Part shown: positions 1 through 14,307 of the stretch, in pieces
Layout of the letters: every line of letters begins with the position of its first letter
How positions within the stretch are numbered: position 1 is the first letter of the stretch
DNA from: Trichoplax sp. H2
Lineage: Eukaryota
Direction: 5' to 3'
NCBI GenBank assembly: GCA_003344405.1
Contig: NOWV01000197.1
Location: 117,989 to 137,988 of the forward strand
DNA: 20,000 bases
Program-made: the position numbers and the translations under genes
The notes under the pieces: generated by a model
Databases searched by the model: none
What the model was told of the DNA's origin: nothing
The model's input: the letters and a program-made list of their open reading frames with translations, nothing else

Positions 1-987
1 GTCCTAGCATGAGGAAATTTTATCCTGTACTGAGTCAGTCTGCTTTCTTGACTTTATCGACATCACTTGAATGCAGTGGGTATAGTAACAATTCAATTGC
101 TACAGGTGACATCAGTTTCTATCACAGTCGATGCCAACAAGATAGAATGAATCAAGAAAGCAATGGGTTAACCATTTTCCTCCTGCAGGCCAGTAGACAC
201 GACCATCTTAACTGAATACAGTAATATGCATTTTAGATGCCTGCTATGCGTTGCACAGTGCGGATGTTGGCTGAAGTCTAATCAGTGCATTCGTGCTTTG
301 AAAGATTCGATAACGCTAGTACACCATCATTGCTCGCTGCACAGCTGAAGCGGATCAAAGCAGTATCTTTAGGTTTCTTAGGAAATGACTGCAGCTCACA
401 ATGCTTTTAGACTTCTATTACAGTATGATAGACTAAGGTGTTGTTGTACTATTCTACCAAAGTGTTTACCAATATTGATTTGCCTTCGATGCTCCTGCAG
501 TCGTCGTGCATCATTACGATTAATCGGTTTGCTAACCAACCGAGGTGTTGGGGATTTGCAATGATAGAATGACAAATTCTGCACGTACAATATAGTACTT
601 ATACAGTATATTGACATCCTGTCTTTCGTACTGTACTCTGCACCACAGTACACTACTCAATTCAATTTCAGGGTGTTATAAAGCGATCAAAAGCAAAAAT
701 AGCCTTGTTGAAAGTACAGAATATATCAACACTTTCACCATAGTCTTGAGTAACAAGGTACAGTAGACTATCCCATGCCATACTTAATGAGCCCATAGCG
801 ATCTATAGAGCTGCCGACGGATAAATCGTTCAACGAGCAAAATAGTCACATGTCCTCTTCGGAAGAAAACAATTGGTCGACTGGATCCTTTAAATAGGGT
901 GACTACGACGACGACCAAGTTGGTCTTCCACTGCTGCCGGTGGAACTTGCAAACTTATCATCAGGATGCAGAGTTGCTCTGGCAGCT

Positions 988-999
988 CCTAACCCTAAC
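988..999 (+). other. Telomerase RNA template (CCUAACCCUAAC), specifying TTAGGG repeats
   Basis: Two permuted copies of the complement of TTAGGG, separated by 1 nt from the P1.1 helix and enclosed by the long-range P1 helix. Confidence 0.88.
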
Positions 1000-1150
1000 A
1001 TTAGCAGGGTTAGCCAATTCTGGTTTGTGTTTTTTTAAGCTAGTTTTTGTCACATTAAATACATAAAACTAGTGAGGAAAGACCGTCGTCGATGTGCTGG
1101 CTTGAAGCGGTTTTGCAAGCGCTTGGTCGATCGATTTCAAGTTATACGAG

Positions 1151-1244
1151 GCTAATCAGCGTACAACAAGTTCCGTAAGCAATCTTCTGATCGACTTACA
1201 CGTTCTTGTTAAGGAGTTCGCTCCGACTATGATTGCTGATTAGC
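1151..1244 (+). other. CR4/5 (stem terminus element) three-way junction of telomerase RNA
   Basis: P5 GCTAATCAGC/GCTGATTAGC; P6 AACAAG/CTTGTT plus GTAAG/CTTAC; AA junction; 4-bp P6.1 GGAG/CTCC with a UUCG loop that has U at position 2 and G at position 4. Confidence 0.85.
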
Positions 1245-1275
1245 TGGAAGGTTGCGAGCCGTTCAGCACGTTGCG

Positions 1276-1355
1276 AGATAATAACTGGAGGCATTGCGTT
1301 TGGCTTAGCTTTTGGAGTCTACAAAGTTGAGCAGCAATGATGTCTTCCAACAAAC
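1276..1355 (+). other. Box H, 3' hairpin and box ACA of telomerase RNA
   Basis: AGATAA/ATAATA (ANANNA) directly after the P4 hairpin. The hairpin pairs TGGAG/CTTCCA, CATTGC/GCAATG and GCTTAGCTTT/AAAGTTGAGC, with loop TGGAGTCTAC. ACA at 1350-1352. Confidence 0.8.
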
Positions 1356-2466
1356 CAAATTATTAGCTGTAACTTTGCTGAATTGTAGTTGCTACTCTTT
1401 CATGCAGTAGCAATGTCAATCCAGGGATTGACTACAAGGACGAATGGGCCAAGATCTTTTTCATTTAGTAAGTTTGTTTGCTTCTGTGGTTGTGTTGTTA
1501 ATTCTTTGCACCCAAGTATTTAGCATGGATTAATGATTGACTATTAATCGTGAACTGTTTCTGTTCTAGAGGAGTGCCTAGTTTGCAATCAACATGCTGC
1601 ATAATGGTTAATACTGGATAGAACAAGTCAAAAATTTCTTCCGGACAAGTAATGGAATAAAATTACTACTGCCATGTGTAAATTTAAAAAATATGCGTCT
1701 TTCGATAAACGCTCGATTTATGCCACTGAGTTGAATTTGTATGTCTATAACGTTTTCTCTTTAGTAGTACCTGTCTATAATGTCAGGACTAAAGACTTTC
1801 CCATTGGAATAGATCGATACTCGGCGATCCCCTTCGATCCGATTGGAATAGTAACTGATGAGGTTTTATAATATTTTTGCAGTATCAGCTTTGTTTTACG
1901 TTAGAAAAATTGATAATGTGTAACGGTTGGAAGGTGATCAATTGACAGGGATTTTGCATGCATTCAGTGTAGCAATACTGAAATTTACAGTTCATTCACT
2001 GTGTAAAATTCCATAATGCGATCTAGCAAAGAGCTAAATAGTTCTATGCAATGATTAAATTTGTAAAGTATCCTTAGTTTAACCTTTGCTAGACGACAGA
2101 CTACTGTACATTGTACAAGCGCAAAAACGATCGCCTTAGGTTTTATTATTTTGCCATCGAAACAAGGTGGTTTAGTATTTCTCATGTCGAAATTTATAAC
2201 AAGCAGTATTTAGTGCATAACCATCAAAGAGCTGGACATTATGGTTTCTGCGTGGTAATGAGCAGTCAGAGACTGCACGAAAAAAATGAGGTATGCAGCA
2301 GAGTATGACTGTCACGGGCTCCCATTTCATATTCTGGTATGTAGTGGCAGTAATGGGAAGAACTGCAACAGCTTTTATTATATTTCAAAAGTGCCTGTTT
2401 ACGGTTCCGTTAACAAACGTACACTATGTACAATAATGCACCATGGATGGACCTGTTAAAATCTTT

Positions 2467-2472
2467 TTTATT
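2467..2472 (-). promoter_or_regulatory. Candidate polyadenylation signal of IARS2
   Basis: AATAAA on the minus strand about 50 nt past the TAA stop; a second copy lies at 2374-2379. AT-rich context lowers specificity. Confidence 0.4.
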
Positions 2473-2520
2473 TGCAAATAAAAATTTAGCCTTCAGAAAT
2501 AACTTAATTGAAAATATCTA

Positions 2521-8786
<6,266 letters not shown>

Positions 8787-9743
8787 ACTGCATTGCAGGT
8801 GGTTCTTGATGAGCTTGCTATCCGTTGAAAGATAGTATACTATCATAGACTAGAGTGTAATTGCATAGTAAATGCCCTTTATCCATTACGGATTTCTATA
8901 CAAGTAGCCATGAGCAAGTGGGAACGGATCGCTTCCTCGATACCGTACTGGCTATCAAACTGCAACCTTTACAATTCATGACGGTATGCTATACTGTATG
9001 CTGTACAATATGACCTATATTATACACAATATAGCACACTCTTATAGGCGTAGTGGTTGTTGGTTACCGTTACTACCGAGGATCCACATAGCTCGGCTAT
9101 GGCCATTCGTTGCTCGAAGCAGCCTCCACTCGGAAAGAGGTCTAAATTAACCTATGTAGATGTCCTGTAAACGATTTATTGACCTAGCAAAGAAGATATT
9201 AGGTAGTTGAATAAGATTATCACGTTCTGCAGCACTTTCTGTACAAGTGGTTACTTCCTCGCGATCATTTTAGACTCTAAAGTTGGCAAAATCAACGGAA
9301 ATACAAGAAAAATAAATACAATAAGGTAGCTAGCTGAAGCAGCCATGCAATGTTTTGTAGTACTATATTTGCAACGCAAACTATTCGCACATTACATATT
9401 ACATTGCACATCTTATTAGAAAAGAAAGCATTGCGACGTTGCATCCTTAGACTGAGCTAATAACGACTAAATTATAGCATAAAGTGATGTATGAATTACT
9501 GTAAAATCAATAGCAATACCTTGTATAATCGAAATCTACAGACTACAACTCAATCTAAAAACGGATTGCTGAATTTATTTAAGATGCAAACAAAAATCAA
9601 GCTGCATTCGTCGCCATAATTGGTTTTAATCTTTGGCGCTAGCTATCGAAACTTATTTCTATGGGGTATTGTTACGTCCTGAAAAATTAATATTGGCAAA
9701 GCTTTCATTTACATCAAAAAGGATAAAGTAGTTGACCGTAATC
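8787..9743. promoter_or_regulatory. Divergent (head-to-head) intergenic region between IARS2 and TEDC1; probable shared promoter and 5' UTRs
   Basis: The two start codons point away from each other and are separated by 957 bp. No specific motif could be confirmed. Confidence 0.5.
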
Positions 9744-12665
9744 ATGGCTCAAATTAAACATGCCATCGAATCATTGTGTACCGTACTCAATTTTAATCGT
9801 CAATGCGCTATCCAAGCTGAATCATTCAGACAAGCAAAATTCGACCGACATGAGCAGGTTAGTGCTCTTAAGATTTTTTTACTTTATTGATAAATAGGAT
9901 TCCAGTAAATTGATTAATATAAGCTATGACCGGTGTTTGCCGTCTCTCAGACAAGGACATTCTGGCTTCTACTATTTGATTCGATATGTTACAGCAAGTA
10001 CCTGCAAGTTATGCCAGAAGCTCATTTATCAGATGGTATATAATACAATCGTACAACTCATAGAACGTCCGATAATTATAATTTATCCACTTGCTTACTA
10101 ATTGTAGATGTAATCAATTATAACCTACTTTTCATCAACTTCTGTATTCGCCTACACTCTAAATTTTTTAATTATCGTTTTCTAAAATCGACATTTTAAT
10201 ACGATATTACGAGTATTAATAAACATGACTAGTATTAACTATGTAGCTAATTAGTCTACTGTAGTTCCATATTCTATTGCTCAATGTTAGATACTATTTA
10301 CAAATTTAGTTTTGAGTTGTTACAAACTCGATTTAACAGTATCATCAAATCTACTCGAATACCCTAATACAAAGAATATAACTTTCTAGACGTAACATTA
10401 AAATATTTCTATGATTTATAATTTTTATAGTAACTTTGAACCTTTTTGAATGTAAACACTTTTTACCCATTTCAGAACAGATTGTTGTATATGTAAAGCA
10501 CTACTTATATAGCTTTGGATATGGAGTTGCAAGCTTCTATCAATTGCCAAATAATATGAGCTATGGGAGTCGGTACGTAAATAATAAATTTACATTGATA
10601 CTAGTGTGACTATGTTCAGTAGGGAAATATTGTCGATCTTGTCTTAAAATATAAGCATTATCTTATTTTTGTTATCTCTGTTACATTCTCATATGCCTAC
10701 ATATACTCTATTAGAGAATTGCTACTAGCCTTCTCTTGGTTACTGGCAAAACGAAATATCATTGAGAGCTACATCCATAATATTGAGGATATTTTGTCTA
10801 TTAGAGTTATCGATGAGGTATACCTAACGCGTGTAAATGACAAATAAGTGTAAATGGAGCTTCAAAAATAATTTGTAAAGTTTGGACAGCAACGTATTTA
10901 TCCAAGGTTACAGATATGATATTATAGATTAAAGCTATGTTTCAAAATGAGATCTATTAATCTTAATAGAAGGGCTGCTTACAGGAGAAATCATCCGATA
11001 AAAATTCTTCAAGAGTCGAATATCCAACGCTATCAGTCGACAATGACAGCGATAATGTAAAATAAATGTTTATTTAAAGATTCAACTCCTATTGCATTTT
11101 CTATCATGGCTCCATACTGTACGCTTAAAACTTTAAATAATCCATTTCAAGATTATCGATCGTGCAAAGAATCTGCTTTGGCAGTATGGGAGGCTAAATC
11201 ATAAATTAAAGACCTTACTAAGTAGTGAGAAAGAACAAATTCGTATCATGCATAAGGTAATTTATTAAGAGTATCTCCTATTTTCGTTGGCAATATTCAC
11301 TAATCTAATATTTGGATTTATAAGGAAGGTTTGCTTTAAAACATAGCTAATACAGCATAATTCTACAATAGCTTCACATTGGTACGTGGGATACTCAATC
11401 TGCTGTGCTGCCTGATTGTAGCCATTTATCCAGTCTAGAGTGCTATTTATTAGCAAATCCAAAGGATTTTCAAAAGGTTTGATAGTGACAAGTTACCGAT
11501 CAGTTGTATTGTTAGGACCTTACAAGTTGTAACCCTCTAGGAAGTTATAAGTTTTAATTTTGGAGGATACATTTCAAAAAAATCTATTCGTTTACCTGAT
11601 TTATAATTCCTCTAGTTTTAGCGTAATGCCTTTGGTCTTAAAGTCAGTTTTTAATGATATTGCGATAGTAGTATGTCTGTCTAATTCGAGATCTATCTCT
11701 ATAGTTACAGGGATTACTCGATCAGAGGATAACTTATCTATCTGCATTGGCAAGTTGGATAGGGGAAAAAGATTTATTTTGGAAATGGATGGTAAGATTA
11801 CCGCTCTAAAATCCTTAAACAGGATTGCTACGATTAATTTGCTTGTTTTTAATTGGTTATAGGAAAGTGTACTTGAAGAGAAATTCAAAGATTCATCAAC
11901 TAATGATCTCAGTGAGGTCAAAAAGCCACAGAAAGAATCCACGTATCCTTAAATACTGTTGATGTTTTACATAAATTAATTTATTGAATCTACTTGCATT
12001 ATCTATGTGCTCATTACGTAATGGTATAGGAAAGAATCACAATTAACAGATTCGATCGCTGTTGCATAAACCTGGCTGCTGTTATCTTTAACCAAATTTT
12101 CTATCAAAATCAGTATTACGAAAGATTTAGTAGCTATTAACAAATTATTATTGGAAAAGATTGAAAACAATACCCAATATTTGAGTAGAATTTCCGTTTC
12201 AGACGATCCGGAAAAATCTTCTAGATACGCTCAATTACGATCAGCGATGGCATCTCGCTACTGTCAATCAACTAATCAAATGAAAGGTAACCGAAAGCCA
12301 TACTTGAATATTGTGCGATGTTAATTTCAGTAGTTGTGCGTTTATTCTCATTTGCGTGGATTTTAATGAACTACCCTCAATATTTTATTCTACCATGAGT
12401 AGTGCATTCCGATGTAAATAAGCAAGCAAATCAATATATATTAATCAAGAAATCTCAAAAGAACGTGAACCATTTGAGTAATCCTGAGGAAACTATGAAG
12501 TATCCTATTGCTGATGTAATAGAACAATTGAATGAAGCTACTAACCAATTAAAAACGAATTTAATGATAGCTAGAGAAAAATATAAAATTTTAATGGATG
12601 ACCTGTTAAGTAATTCTACTGGTATCTTACGATTAGATCAAGCTAGAAGTAAGAGAAAACTATAA
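9744..12665 (+). CDS. TEDC1: Tubulin epsilon and delta complex protein 1 (C14orf80 homolog), 11 exons, about 432 aa
   Basis: Exons 9744-9857, 9951-10035, 10476-10572, 10715-10817, 10970-11056, 11152-11256, 11372-11476, 11705-11791, 11863-11942, 12114-12286, 12403-12665 (1299 nt, phases consistent). Motifs FRQAKFDRHE, FWLLLF, GSRELLLAFSWLLAK, LLWQYGRL, SHLSSLE and FWKWMESVL match recalled human TEDC1 motifs (FRRAKFDRPE, GSRELLLALSWLLAR, FWRWMDTVL). Confidence 0.9.
11943..12113 (+). other. U12-type (minor spliceosome) GT-AG intron, TEDC1 intron 9, phase 2
   Basis: 5' site GTATCCTT matches the U12 consensus RTATCCTT. Branch-point-like TCTTTAAC at 12085-12092 lies about 22 nt upstream of the CAG. 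There is no strong polypyrimidine tract. Confidence 0.75.
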
Positions 12666-14307
12666 TGTCATCATATAGCTACAAATTTTTATAATATCAA
12701 GATACTTGATGACGATAAATTTATTGAAGGAGGAATGATTATCAAGGATAAATCCACCTACTGTATTATTGTAACTAATTTAAATCATTCTTATTCTATT
12801 CATGTAAATATGTTTAAAGCGTTACGCTTATTTTATTCTTATAATTTTGACATTCTTCTGAAATTCTAATGTATTAGTGCTTGGATTCGATTATCTCAGG
12901 TTGAACTGAACAAACTACGACACTACTTAAGCCATTCCTGAGGGTAGTATTCAGATATACAGCTCCATTTAATTCTGTTTGTCTACCGCATGACAATATT
13001 ACCATAAAAGTACCCAGTCAAAATAAATAGTTCGCAAGGACTATCTTTAAAATCTAACAATTTTGTTGCTTTTCAAAGTGTCGCTACATTATGGACTCTG
13101 CACGAACACTATGATTGTAGATAATCACATATTGTATGTAAGGCCAATCACCACCTATTAACTCAATCTCGAATAAGTACACTTATGCTAACCAGAATTA
13201 CTGGCATACTTTCTTGTTACATATTAGCTGTTCTGTTGTGAATCATCAATCCACGACTGCAATTTGAGCCAATATTACGAGTAAAACGTATTCCAATTAT
13301 TACTTATTCGCATTCGATCAATAACAGTGACATAGGTAATGTAGTACTGTAACATACTAAATCAATTACTCCATCTGTGCTCATCATTCCTTTCTAGTTC
13401 ATAGTAGTAATCTTGACTGTAAATAGATACAGGATGTTATCCTTCTGCATTAGATTGCTTAGCTCTGCTACATGCCTGTATTGAACGCTAGTTTATAGGT
13501 TTACCAGTACTGAATGGATTAGTTTCGCCGCTAAATCTTCAAATGAATAATAATAATATCGTATACTATCTACAGTTTTATTTATCCCTGGAGATACTGT
13601 TGGCTGGAATCACGATAGCACTTTCGATATAAGGCTATCCTTCTATTTACTTCTATCCTTACAGTCTACCCTATGCAAATACTTTAACCCGGCCATATAC
13701 TATTATAGGCGTGTAAAGTAAATCCAAGCAATATGAAATTTACGCCGAAATGATAAGATATAACATGTATTCTAAGATTGCTTTGGATATGCGCCCTATA
13801 TTCTTTACCTATTATATCACAATATATGCACGTATATAGATAGAACAGTATCTATTATATAACCATACTACAGAAACCCTTCCGAGCGTCTACTATTTCG
13901 TCTATACCATATCGTAACTCCTCTAAATTATACACAACCTTAATAGCAATGACGTAATAACTGCATAATTTAATAACATTAGCATAGATTTTCAATGTTA
14001 TAGACTCGGATAGATGGTCATCGGATAACAGTAAAAGCTAGTTACCAATATTTAGAAAGATCTAGGCTTGATATCCTTGATTGTATTCGAGATTAACGAT
14101 TTCGTTGATGAATAATTCGTCTATAGTTAAACCGATTGCTATTTACATTTAGAAAGAGATCTAGCTAAAGCTGAACATAGACAGAATATTGGGTGAGGCG
14201 AGCAATTTAGTTGATGATTTATAGTTTTACCATAAATAATTTTACTTAAATCCTTGGGGGAAAAGCTTTGAAAAGATCGAAAGTAATTTTACTCAAAATA
14301 AGCGGTC

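Larger units (their letters stand above)
897..1355 (+). ncRNA. TERC: Telomerase RNA component (TR/TERC), metazoan box H/ACA type, about 450-460 nt. 5' end approximate; 3' end predicted 3 nt after the ACA box.
   Basis: Template CCTAACCCTAAC 988-999 contains the vertebrate template CUAACCCUAAC. P1: 909-915 with 1085-1091, and 922-929 with 1076-1084. P1.1 hairpin: 933-940 with 979-986. Pseudoknot: P2 1026-1029 with 1051-1054, U7 loop 1030-1036, P3 1040-1050 with 1061-1072 (bulged U1064). CR4/5: P5 1151-1160 with 1235-1244 (perfect 10 bp), P6 1165-1170 with 1205-1210, P6.1 GGAG-UUCG-CUCC 1213-1224. P4 1111-1118 with 1271-1278. H box ANANNA 1276-1283, 3' hairpin 1286-1349, ACA 1350-1352. No ORF-track ORF overlaps the region. 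Confidence 0.9.

Noticed and set aside
1..800. ORFs 9-215 (+) and 396-653 (-), and a possible exon at about 470-580 (-)
   Set aside because: No recognisable domain and no phase-consistent exon chain could be built. A gene or UTR here cannot be excluded but is unsupported.
988..1013. CCTAACCCTAAC...AGGGTTAG as an interstitial telomere remnant or telo-box
   Set aside because: There are only two repeat units, and they sit in a full, ordered TR architecture that explains them better.
9046..9160. HDV-like ribozyme on the minus strand, or a tRNA gene
   Set aside because: A GG-stem-ACGAAU-GG segment resembles the HDV P4-J4/2 region, but no 7-bp P1 or proper P2/L3 can be formed. There is no cloverleaf with a TTC T-loop.
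11265..11942. ORFs 11265-11462 (-), 11560-11862 (+) and 11601-11942 (-)
   Set aside because: They are off-frame or antisense to TEDC1 exons 7-9, whose correct frames match TEDC1 motifs.
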